From Ascidiella aspersa (Eukaryota): a stretch of 64,000 nt of DNA. The DNA is taken from contig OZ004609.1 in NCBI GenBank assembly GCA_963924565.1, positions 7,626,001-7,690,000 on the forward strand, given 5' to 3'. Of this stretch, positions 24,272 through 36,397 are shown one piece after another. Both the position numbers and the translations under genes were made by a program. The number at the start of each line of letters is the position of its first letter. The first letter of the stretch is position 1. The notes beneath the pieces were generated by a model. It had not been told where the DNA came from and did no database searches. It was given only the letters and a program-made list of their open reading frames with translations.

Positions 24272-25364
24272 ATATAGGGCCTAAGTGGAAATGCCTAGGC
24301 TACAATAAAAAGGGATTTAAAATCGATAAAACAAACACTTACTTGAAATTCCAATATTTTTTCTTTTGTTTAGTCTGGACGATCGTGGTCTATCCACATC
24401 CTCGTTCACGACTTCTTCAAGATCAACAAAGCCAAATATATTTTTTACAATTTTATAGTTAAAAACAAGGTGCATATGAACTTGTTTTGCAATGTGTGAT
24501 TATTCAAATATTAGAAAAAAAATCTTTTCTTGATAAAGAAATAAATAACTTTTAAATATTACAAATAAACTTTAATTAAGTAATGCAAACTCATAATTAA
24601 AGCTTTATGTGCTTGTCGTTCCACTTTAGACTGATCTGTTTACACTTACACTCGAACCCTGTTCTGAAACAAGCTATTGTCAATCTACACTCTACAGTAA
24701 CACATTTCAGCCACCACTCGTCAGCTGAACAAGTCATGTGTCCACCGATCAAGTTTGTTTGGTTAATTTTTAACCACCAATGCGCTTAATACAGTTGATT
24801 TGATTTAGAACATAAATAACGCTAAGCTGTACCTGGTTTGACTTTCAAGGCTAAAACAAACGCTGTGCCGTATTTTATTTTTTTACGCAACGAAGGTAAA
24901 GTTAATTTTTTCAATTTAATACGTGACAAAATTCCTTTTCGCAAACTACAGTTGTAGGGAATACACTATGACACCTACAAGGCAACAATACTCAACTCAG
25001 AATAATCCAAATTCTCATAGTATTAGGACCAACGCCATAATAAAGCTCAATACACAAACGACCTAATAAAGCCCAACAACACAGTCTGGCATCGGCGGTT
25101 TTGATGTAGTTTGACCGCTGTTCTGACACCGTATTGTTGTCCTAGTTTGGGATTATTGAGGGTAAAAAATATTAGGGGATTTATTGATGTACTTGGGGTA
25201 TGGTTTGGGGTGAAATAAAACGTTGAATAGGCCTAATTCTGACCAATTGGGACTTACTCTCATTTAGACGTTATCTCCACTTTTGCGAGCCCGGTTTTTG
25301 TCTGATTCCGAACGGTGTTTATTCCTACGTTGATGTTGCTCTTATTTAGGATGATGACTAGAGG

Positions 25365-25440
25365 ACCGTCAAAAGCTGAAAAGCACTGCGGAAAACCACC
25401 ATTGTAAAAAGAATCAGGTATAAATTGATAACATGGTGTC
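25365..25440 (-). pseudogene. Second Harbinger-like transposase fragment
   Basis: FYNGGFPQCFSAFDG resembles the HARBI1-type 'GFPQCIGAIDG' first catalytic Asp motif. It is very short. Confidence 0.35.
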
Positions 25441-27174
25441 ATATGTATGTCTGATGAAGATAGATTTTGTTTAAGCAAATTTTTATACCAAAATCATCAT
25501 TTTACTCAGAAAATCAATGGTGTTAGTCCTTTTGTAAACTAAATCGATGAACATTAAACAGGTACTTACTAGCGCGCACAAAGTTAATAATTTTGTTTTG
25601 CCGTTAGCCTTTGTTAATTTTTTTCACTTTTAGAGGAAGCTTTCACTAAATTGAACATACAAAAGTATTTTTGGGTCAATGGAAGCAAGCATCTTATAGA
25701 AATAAAAACTGGCCACGCTACAACAATAAAATTGGTGCTTAGATCAGCAGAAAATACATTTAAAAGAAGAGATAGGATCAATAATATTCATACAATAAAT
25801 ACAACAGCAAACAACATATTTTTGCACAGAGCACTTAGGGATTACACTGTTTAGTCAGGTTTGATGAACAAAGACCAGCAAACTTATGATCATATGACTC
25901 CCCTCGCTGTGTTGAACAGAGCCTCTTCCGGTCGTCGATGTTAAATAATCAACTTGATCCTTTTCATAAAAACGTGTTTTTTACTAGTGAATTATGCTTG
26001 TGATAAAATCTTTAAGAAACAGCGGAAACGTTTTTATCTCGTTCCTTCGCGTCTCGACCTTTTTATAAAAATGTGGTGGTTAAACTACATCGTTTAAAGA
26101 CCAAGCGATGTAGATTATGATAAAGTAAACCGCATTTTACTAGTTTATTATGCTTGTGCTAAAAGCTTTAAGAAACAGCGAAAAATGTTTTTATTTCGAT
26201 TCTTCGCGTATTATATCAATCAAATCAAAAATAACATCACGTATAATCTCTGTGTAGATTCAACCAGCTAATATTAAAAACAATAATACTTAGAAAAAAC
26301 GCGCATTTGCAATTTTAGCACTGCTAAATACGTCACTTCCATCGACGAGTCGATTATTACGTCACAAAGGTGACGCCGGGGTATCCGGAACTTCGCGTCG
26401 ACACAACATTGCGTCGCTAAGGTCGATCGAAAGTTTAAACCAAATTTTTCTGCCAACTCACTCTCCGAAAATCCACCTGTCCCCAAAATAACCCTATCAA
26501 ACCATGTTTTGAATGTTTTGATTCGACGAACAAACGTAATGTATACAACGTTAGTTGAAGTTACTTCAATGATGTGAAATATCTCCAATCGTGTTTGCAA
26601 TATTCGGATTCGCGCATTAAATATAGTGTACAATGTTATTAGAAGGTTTGGACGTTTTATGGAGTGTTTGTATATAATAAATAGATGTTTTGTAAGGTAA
26701 AACATACTCTGACTGCAATCTTGTGAAATAACGATCTCTAAGCATGATTACAAAAATTGTTTATAAAAGTATATACTGTCTATACAACGTTTATGGAAGT
26801 TTCTTACTATAAAATGCTACTTAAAAAAATTCGAAACGGTCAAAAAATGATTTACATATTCAAAATTTACCTAAATAATAAAGTGCATTTATCATGATGG
26901 GGTGTTTTTTTATTGCGGTTTCAAAAATAACGCTATTGGGGCGTTTAAGTATTAATATTTTAACAATTTTATAGTTGTAATTTTTCCTCACAGTTTCTAA
27001 GAATAAAATATGAGCATTTTGTTAAGTTAAATTAGATCCTAGCAGGAATACAAAGAAACCACTATCGGATCTTTAACTTTATTTACATTTATTGAACTTA
27101 AACCAAGAATTAAACAGCATAATATTTAGAAAAAGTTTTTCTTTGATAAAACAAATTGATAAAGAAAGATACAG

Positions 27175-30100
27175 ATGGTTTTAAAATTTCCATTTTTATT
27201 AGTTCTGTTTTTTGGTTTTGGAAGCTACGAAGCTAATGCTGGTGAGACAACTTTATTCAGTAGAAAATTTGGAAGTTGTTTCAAACATACATTTGTCGTT
27301 ATAGTGGCATGTGGTGGGGAGTTGTGTGATCGTTACATCAATTGTTCGGCTTCCTTGTTTAATGGAAGCCAGATGACGGAGTTTGCATCGATTGTGAACG
27401 AATTTCTGGACAACAGCACATGTCAATACAATCGTAAGATGCGAAGTTAATTTGGTGTATTTTATTTGATCTGTAACGCTTATTATTATATCATGAGCTG
27501 ATTAACTATATTGAAAGAGATAATAGTATTTTTGGCACCATAGTGTAAAATATATTTCTTCACTTATTCAGATAGTGTATAAATCGCTAAGGTGTGTTCG
27601 AAATACCCTGTTACGCTAAACTTTGATCGTCTTATGGTAGACTTTCTCTTGAGGCATGCACAACATACGGCCCGTTGGACTAAACAAATTAAAGTACGGA
27701 CTTGCTGGTGTATTGTACACATAACCTCAACAATAAGGTATTGCTAGCAAGATAACCTCTGAGGCGGTTGGTTCATTTGTTTTCTATGAAAGCTCTTGCT
27801 GGATTTTTAATCAGAAGACCGATTTAAAACAACATCAAGGCCGGAATAAAACACAGTTCGAAATGGAAAGACGTGGCCAAAATAAGGCCAATTTAATGTT
27901 TTACCCAGACTCTACCGCTAGCCTTATCACTAACTACCATACAAGTTTCAACCCTAACCCCACCCATGATCCGCCCCTAACCTCACACAGCGGTAAACAA
28001 TTCGGTAGAATAGTTATTTATATTCTCTTCAATAATAAGGTATAGGTAACAACAATTTAGAAAGCTGCCCGCAATTGTTTATCCTGCGACTATCTCGGGT
28101 TTCTTTAGACATGTATTAAACTTTGTTTCCAATTTATTTTACATTTTTGTTACGCATAACTATACTAAGGTTCACCAAACTATCGCTCATGGGCGATTTG
28201 TGGCTTCCGGTCTGTGGCATACTGTACTAAATACTATGTATGTTCCCTTCGTAAAACGATAAATTAAGTTAACAAAGTTTGTCACAAAATGTATGTCGGT
28301 CCCGCGATCGGTAATCCTTACTGTCATTATTACAGTTTTGTTGGATCTCAGCTAAACGATTGTAGGATCGAAAATAGTTGTATGTGTTTTCTTTTTTATT
28401 AACTTTATAAGCATTTCAATAGATTCTGAGTCAGAAAGCCAGAGCGGTTTCGTTGAGGATTGCCTTGAGCTGTTCTCCAATGATGAGCTTCGCAGCAAAT
28501 TATCAGAAAGTGGTGAACCATCGTTTTGTGTTTTTAGTATTTTTCTTACACTTCTGACAGTACGATTCAGTTGGTAAAAGTACAAATTATAATAAATCAG
28601 GCAAACTTTTTAAGATGTATCAAATATAATTGGATAAGTGGTTGTACAGTATATGTAGGATATGACATGTGTGTGTATTAGTGTTAATTGACTTAGAACA
28701 GTCCTATAAACCGTGGTTTCTAACCCACATTTGTGTCGGTCTGTCGAAAAGTTTTCTACATGTCTGTAGTTGACAAAGTTCGTTTAAATATTTTTTCTCG
28801 TTTTGCTTTTTACTATGTTGAGCTCTTTCGTAATCATTTTCAGTTGCACCAGACAATGGTGGTATGGCTGCTTTAGATTTTGCTATATGACCGAGATCTT
28901 GAGTTAGAACCTCACCACAAATTAGTCTTTCTTCCCTGGCCCTGCTTGCACTAAATCCTTGATTGATCAACCGACTCTGTTAGAAAGCTATTCTGTTTTG
29001 CTTAACAAACTTCCGAAAAAGGGGCATGAATCGCTGTTTCCTTATTTAATACCATCTAAGCGTTATAAGTTGAATGCTGCATCACCACCTTAATGATCAA
29101 CCGTTTTGATTTGTAACATGTCTTGTAAGGAAGGTTGATCATTGATAGGCGAATCTGCACCAATAGTGGATTTTAACTACACAGGAAAAACAAGTTAATA
29201 CTTGTCCCATTCACCTGGCACGGTTTTCTCAGCATTTTCTTAAACTGTTAACTGCTGAAGGCATCATATAAGCAAGCATTTAATTGTTTTAAGTCTTAAC
29301 ATTAAATCACCTTCCAGACATTATTTTAATGTAAAATTTTCTTTTTTAAATTTAGTACTGATAGCCTACTCTTATTTTAATTAATACAAAAACTGTGTTT
29401 TTATTACACGAAATTAAAATATTTATTCGTTGTTTAATTTTGTTTCTCTTGCTTTGCATTAAATCAAGTTTAAGCAAATACTTGTTTAATTCCAGGTGTT
29501 CCAGTTCTTACAAGGAAGCTTTATTGGAAGGAAGTAAATAACACGAATAAGCAACATCAGGTTGTAACTTACTGCAAGGGCTTCGGGCCAGAATCGGAAC
29601 CTTTAAAAATAGAAACAGCAGAAGAAATGAAGTTGGTCGAATGCTTGAGAGATGACCTGCATTTTTGGCTGGGTAAGATTGTTGGGTTGTTCACTATTTA
29701 ATTTGAAACAAATCGATTTTTTGAAGGAAAAATTCATCAATTTGCGGATGTAGTAAAGTTTTAACAACACAATTATTGCAAATTTAAAGTTAAAAGATAA
29801 TAAACCAGAAAATACCAACATTAAACTCATTAAATAGTTATGCAAACATATATGTAAGACTTGATTGCATACTATTCATTCAATCACTAACAACATTGTG
29901 TTAACTATTTTATTGCATTTTGTGTAGCATTTTATAGAACATGTTGCGGACCAATAATAATATTCATAAATATAAAAGTTTTTATTAGATCGAAATATCA
30001 AAGCTAGAATTTTCCGAAATTTACAACGTAGAAAGTTCAATGTGGGAATCAAAAACCTTTATTATTTGATTGCTTTATTTATTTAATCATAATTAATATC

Positions 30101-33100
30101 ATGCAGACGTTTATAGTTTTTTGTAAAGGATTTAGCCAAGAAACGTTTGAAACGAATGTTTATGTGTCGCGATGTTTGAATGTTTATGTGTGTTTTAGTA
30201 ACAAAACTGCATATTCAACACTTTCCTGTACACAGTTTGTCTAAGGCAGTTGTTACAATATCATTTAATTATAACATAACAATCTGCGTAACGTTTGACT
30301 GTCTTTTAAGTCACTGAGTTGAGAATCACTTCATTGGACTGTTCAATACTTTAGCAATAAAAAACCAAACGTGTAATTTCAAATAAATTACTAAATACCT
30401 TGAAATGTATGTAAAACTTAAAAATGGCTCTGGCTATACACAGCAAGGCAATCGGTAAAAAACCTTAAAATCGTTGTTTAAATATTAGTGTGAAGGCTTG
30501 CGTGCTTGCCGGCATATTTTTCATACGAATATTTTTTTTTCCAAACTCACAAATATTGCACTGCAAACTTAAAAATCTCTATAATTTTCCGCGGCACACA
30601 GTTTGAGAATCCCTGGCTTGAGGTTACATTTTTTGCGTACAGGCCTGACTTACCGAGGAGACGCCAATCAGACGTACAACAGAAGCTTCTGGAAGTGGAA
30701 TGACGACACCGTGACGTCATATCAGCCATGGGAGCCGGGAAACGAAGGGCCAACTGACACTCGGGGAGCAACACCCTGTGCGCTTGTCAGTGATTTCCAG
30801 TTCAAAAGTCGAAGCTGTGGTAGTTTGAGAGATCGGGCAGCAGCTTGCTACATTGAATCTGCACCTGCGCGAAGAGCCAACAACATTACTAGTAAACTTG
30901 TAACATTAATTGATATACGTTAAAATATAAATCATTATTAATTATACTCTTTAAAGATTAATAAATTGAGTTTAAAGTAACTTTTCACCAAACATCTGAC
31001 TTAGTGTTATCACATTAAAATCCTATTTTAGTGCATCCGGTTTAAGATCCTTATTTCTAGTTATTCCAATTCGAAATTCAGAACCTTGTGTTTGCAGCTT
31101 TAAACACTGACTTTTCAGCGATTTTAAGATCAAAACGTAGTTTTTGATTCTCAATCAAAATTGTAAGCCTAGTGTTTGCAGATCAAAACCCTGATTCGAT
31201 TGTGGAAAGAATTTGGAAAGCACAGGAAAGTTTGAGGAACAATGGTGTGAGTGCTAGCAAGTTGCTATCATTGGAAAGAAACCTCTCAAAGGTGATTGCC
31301 GAAAGTGGCAATATTTCGATTCACGAAACCATCGGAAAAGTCGTGGTCTATATCAACAGTTTTAATGCAACCGGGGATCGAGTCAAAACCAATTTAATTC
31401 GGCTTACCAATGTCACGTCCTTCAATTCAACGTTTGAGACTAAACACGGCTCTAATATGGAATTGGTGGCATTTGAGGTGAGTGTTTACAACCTTTCATC
31501 CAGCTTTCACAACGTTTCTTCAAGCAGTCTCAAGGGCCCGACAACTCATTTCGTGAGCCTTTCTCCGATGGTCTTTACCGGGGTTTCGAGCTACGACGCC
31601 GCAGGAGGCTCCGCACTAATTGGTTCCATCTCTCTTTCGAGGATCGTTGCACAAGACAAGGAAAGCGACCAGAGGATGTGTGAGAAAGTATGGAGTGAAG
31701 TCCCCAACAATTCCTCGACAGGATTAACAATAGATACGCTTCAACTCACATGTGTTTTCATCGACCAGTCATCTGGAACCTATTCCACTGCTGGTTGTCG
31801 CACTAGAGAGGACGGGGGGCAGGTCTTATGTGAATGTGATCACCACACAGTGTTTGCTGTTCTCCTCTCTGTAAACATGGTTTCTGTGACACAGGAGGTT
31901 AAGGTAAAGCATAATTATTGTTTGTTCAGATATTTTAACAACATGTAAAATTTTACCACTAACTAATCCGTTCCAGATCTTTTCTTACATTTGCGAATCT
32001 ATTTCGATTCTGTTCCTCACCGCCACCATCGTACTCCTGCGCATTCACAAACGCGCGATCAGCAGCGACCGTACTCTCATTCAGCTTAACGTCGCCATCG
32101 CCCTAACTTTGTTGCATTTAGCCAACCTAACTCATGATGCCGCTGCAAACGACAACACCATGTGTCTCATTCTAACGGCTGCCATTCAGTACTTCCTTCT
32201 TGCTACAGGTAATTTGAAAGCTAAAAACAAACCTACCTGCTTGCTTTATCAACAGCGTTCGACAAATGCTGTGTAGGTTATTTTAAGCAATTGTTTTAAG
32301 TAACTGGTATTTTTAAATAAATTTATCTATAAGAACAGCCAAACAATTTTTTAGCCATATATACCCTAATTAATGATAAAATAAAATACTTTTTTCGACA
32401 AGTTGACGTTGTTAAAGATCTTTTTGTAATCTTTAAAAGCCAACTTTAAACATTCACATAATATGCACAAACGAACAAAATTGTATTTAAGGTTTTTGGT
32501 TCATGTTCGATGGAATACGGATGGCGATGGCCTTGGCTTTTCCAATTCGTTTCCACACCAAAGACCCCGAGACGAGATCAAGAGTGTTCTTTGTGCTGGG
32601 ATGGTTCGTTCCAGCCGTGATAGTTGGCTCGGCGCTTTCCGTCGGTCTGCTGTATTCGGCAAACTACATGAAGCCCAGCACACACTACGAAAAATGTCAC
32701 CAATTTCAACAGGTATCCACTCATTGAAACAAGTGTTGATTTTTCACGTTTAAAATATCAAAACAGCAGGCCATATGGTCAATATAGATTTAAAGCAATT
32801 GTTTTTGCTAATGCATTGGGATATATAACCCAGTTGAGAGCATGGAAACAAGCTTGACTTTTCGGTTAGGTTTTTAAAAGGCTTAAGTAGTGTCCCTTTA
32901 TGTTTTTTAGAATATCCGCAAGTACGACAGATGCTGGTTGGCTCCCGGTACATTGGTGTACATTTTCTCGGTGACTGTCCCGCTCGGGATTGTTCTGGTG
33001 GTGAACTTCTTTGCATCTCTCATCGCAGCTTATGCAGCGCTCCCATTCAGGGGAAGGGAGGAGCGGAGACAAGGAGAAGAGATGGAAAATGCAAAGAAGT

Positions 33101-34254
33101 TCATTTTCTCCTTTGTCTTCGTGATGCTGGTTCTCGGAGCAAGCTGGGTTCTTGGATTTTTCTCAGGTTGAAGTGCATTTGCAGTTAAAGTAACAATTTC
33201 TCTATCTATAAATGTTTTTTCACACGGTAGAATACATTTTATTTTGCACGTTTGTATAAAGTGTTGTCACGTTTCTATAAAACAGGGGTTCCCAACCTTT
33301 TTAGGATCTCGTACCACGTGGACGCTCTGTAGTGTCACGCGTACCACACTAATTTGATCAAATCATATTTTGAGCTTACAACTAGCACTTTTCAACGCTA
33401 TTTGAGGCGTAAGATATAAAACAGTAGATTATACAGTAGATTAGTGCAATCATTTGACATAATTAAGCTCACGTTCCCATAGCGTTGTAGCCTACGCTTT
33501 ATACAGCAACTGTGCTCCTTGTCAACAATTGACATGGCTGTATTTTGAAGATTGCATTGTTTTGAAACAACAGGAATAGTTACGTAACAACAAGAATGGG
33601 CTTCGGGGGAAAATTTTTTTATGTAAACAAAAACAGATGAACAAAATATAAAGTTGTGAGTCCACGGTTTTGTGAAAAAAAACGAAGCTACTCGCGTCCC
33701 CTGAAAAACCTTCGCGTGCCACTAGTGGTACGCGTTAAAAAAATCTTTTCAAATTTTGTATAAAGAAATTCGACACAATTTGGTATAATAAAGCACGTTT
33801 GTTGAAAGTAAAGTTGATATGAGATGATAAAGATTTTCTACCAATTAAAATTACACTTTTTTATATATCATGTGAGTTGGCTCGTTTTGACAAACTATAT
33901 GGTTTAACGTTTGTGTGAATTTTTTACAAGGTTAATGATTGTGTGTATTTTCCTAAAATAAATTGCTCATATTAAAACGCTGATCATTTTAAATTTAATG
34001 CAACGTTTAAACAAACAGATATTTCTTGTTGCTGTGCAGGTCTTGGAAACGAAGTTACGTCACTTGTGATGATGTACATCCACACGACAGTCAACGGTCT
34101 GCAAGGAGTGGTGGTGTTCATCTTCTATTGCCTCCAGAACAGAACCATCGCAAACAGACTGGGATTCCCTCGAAAGCGACCAAAACCAACTTCGTCGACC
34201 TTCAATCTTCAAAACAGGGATTTTAGCGTGAGAACAAATATGTCTCGCTTTTAA
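27175..34254 (+). CDS. Adhesion GPCR with signal peptide, C-type lectin-like domain, GAIN/GPS and 7TM (~785 aa)
   Basis: Exons 27175-27241, 27305-27433, 28423-28512, 29496-29672, 30643-30891, 31182-31903, 31977-32208, 32492-32712, 32911-33166 and 34040-34254 are all GT-AG, phase-consistent and stop-free (2358 nt). Motifs: CTLD YC...FWLGL...WKWND....YQPWEPG...C...C...C; GPS CVF...STAGC...CECDHHTVFAVLL; secretin-like 7TM with QYFLLA, GWFVPA, CWL, LGASWVLG and NGLQGVVVFIFYCL. Exon 3 is the least certain. Confidence 0.88.
33283..33735. mobile_element. hAT-type MITE in the last GPCR intron (right end truncated)
   Basis: Left end CAGGGGTTCCCAACCTTTTT..CGTACCAC; subterminal palindrome CGCGTGCCACTAGTGGTACGCG at ~33713-33734. 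Confidence 0.55.
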
Positions 34255-35385
34255 AAAGGTTTAAATTAAAAAGTTAACCTTAACCCAACCGTTTTAAAAT
34301 GTTTTTCTTAAAACGAAAACAACGCTTTACAAAATTCTAAAGTAATTTGTAAAAAGTAAAAACAATATAAGCTGAAATAAGTGTAGAAAAGTCGCATATT
34401 ACAGTTTGCTAAACCTCATCAAACCAGTAGTTTCCATAAATACTATAAAATATTATGCTACTATACTTTATTGCAAACATTCTTGGCAAATAATAAACAA
34501 TTTGTTACGAGTGGTAGATGCATTTTATTAAAAAGGATGCAATATATAAGTAAATTCTTCTTGGAAATAGTCTTAAAATAAGATATAAAAATGGCGTATT
34601 AATGCTGTCAAGATAAAATATAGTCATTTTGTGTTGAATATATTTATTTGTTTGCAGTAAACATGTTTTGGGGTCTAATATGGCATTCGTTCTGTGTACT
34701 TAAATTTCACATATCTATTATTTTAATTTATTGACTTTATTGTGTTATGTAATTATTTTTACCCTATTGATATTTTTTCGCTGCGTTTTTTCTCTAATTT
34801 GGTAACTATATTTCATTTCAACAACACTTTTCAACTACTTTACACGTTAAAAAAAATCTCATTCATTTCGATAACTTTAACATTTGATATGGGAAATTGC
34901 CCGACTTTAATGAGAAGCAACTTATTGCTTCGTCATTGTTTCAATTCCGCTTCGTAATGTGTTTTAAATTCCTCGAAAAATCATTTAGTGAATAAACAGC
35001 ATCTTGTACAATTTTTCAATTAAAACTTCCGTTGTATTTTAACCTATCGCCCGATTTCACTAGAGGTAGCAAGGTGAGCCACGTTTCTCTTCCTGTCCCT
35101 TTAAGACCACATGCCGGCGACCGACCGGCGAACACATTTAGACGGGCAAACTTTGTTTAATCTATGTTGCACATTTCCTATATTAAAAGGCTGTAAAAGC
35201 GTAACGTTATTCATGCTGCAAGACTTCAATCAATGCTATCTCGCCACTTTTCACCCATAACTGTTTTTAAATTCTCGAAATTCAAAACATGAACACAAAT
35301 AGACGTATAACGTTGGATAAAGAGAAGAATGCGGCTCGTGGGCTACATCTGTAAACACTTTAAAAACAAGTCGACGACCAAGAGG

Positions 35386-35598
35386 TTAAATGATCACGCA
35401 GTCGGGCTGGTTCTTTTGGTTTTCTTCCTTTACGTTTTCAAACAGATTATCAAGTTGAGCGGTGCATCTTCCTTGGAATCTTTCCGGCGACGAATCGCAA
35501 TCTCGAAGTCTCGCTACGTATTCATTCGTGAGGGTCTTGAGCACTTCGCGATGTACCCCTTGCAAAATGTCTGGATCCACGTACTTGTTGTTGCAAAC
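35386..35598 (-). CDS. Alternative terminal exon 18b of the atlastin-like GTPase, ending in a CaaX box (CVII)
   Basis: Phase-0 acceptor tttaag| followed by VCNNKYVDPDILQGVH...RFQGRCTAQLDNLFENVKEENQKNQPDCVII*. It is clearly paralogous to exon 18a ([16 protein letters not shown]...[24 protein letters not shown]). Splicing 37803 to 35598 gives an ~872-aa isoform. Confidence 0.75.
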   Translation of the reverse strand, partial: VCNNKYVDPDILQGVHREVLKTLTNEYVARLRDCDSSPERFQGRCTAQLDNLFENVKEENQKNQPDCVII

Positions 35599-36397
35599 CT
35601 TAAAGGATCAAACAGACAGCATTTCGTGAAGTGAATAGGCTAGTGGGTAGTTCTGGACTGATAATAGTTGTTTTATTAGTTGCGTTCGCAATAGTTGTTT
35701 GCAACTTTCGACAAAACGTCGCGAATAAAAAAATATTTTCGCTAAAAATTAAGTACGTTGTAAAAGTGAAACACTTATCTCGGTTTAACAGATAAACACA
35801 TATCTCAACAAGTCAAGCCAAGAATCACGCAGTAAGTCAAGTAACTAGGCTCGAGGTGCATTTCTAACTAAATCGGTTAAAATGCAGTTAATGCAAATTG
35901 TTATTCTACGATCTAAATCAATTTGTTTGTCCAACGCACTTCAGCCAACCTTTGCGTGTGACTTATTTCAGTAATTTTCCTGTGCGATTAAGGCAAAACT
36001 TTCTTAATAACTAAACTGTCATTTTCTATAAAATAAGGATTTAGTATGTTCCAGTCTCCTATAGAAGAAAACCTAATTCAACACGGACCAAAATTATTAT
36101 TTATGGAGTGTTCTGGTTGCTAAAAATAAATTGTTCTAAATCAATGACAAACAGCGAAATATCTCCGTCTGTCGTTTTTTATTATTTTTGTTAACAACAT
36201 CCACTTCTGTCGACGCAACAAGCGTAAAGCGTTATGCAAATATACAGGAGTTATTAATACATAGGTCATAGACAAAAGAAATAAAAAAGTACTCAATATA
36301 TGGTTTCAGACTACAGCAAAGCCATTATCAAATTAAAGCTAACACACTACAACTTTTGAATACATAAGGACACATTCCAATACACAAAGCTCTTCAA

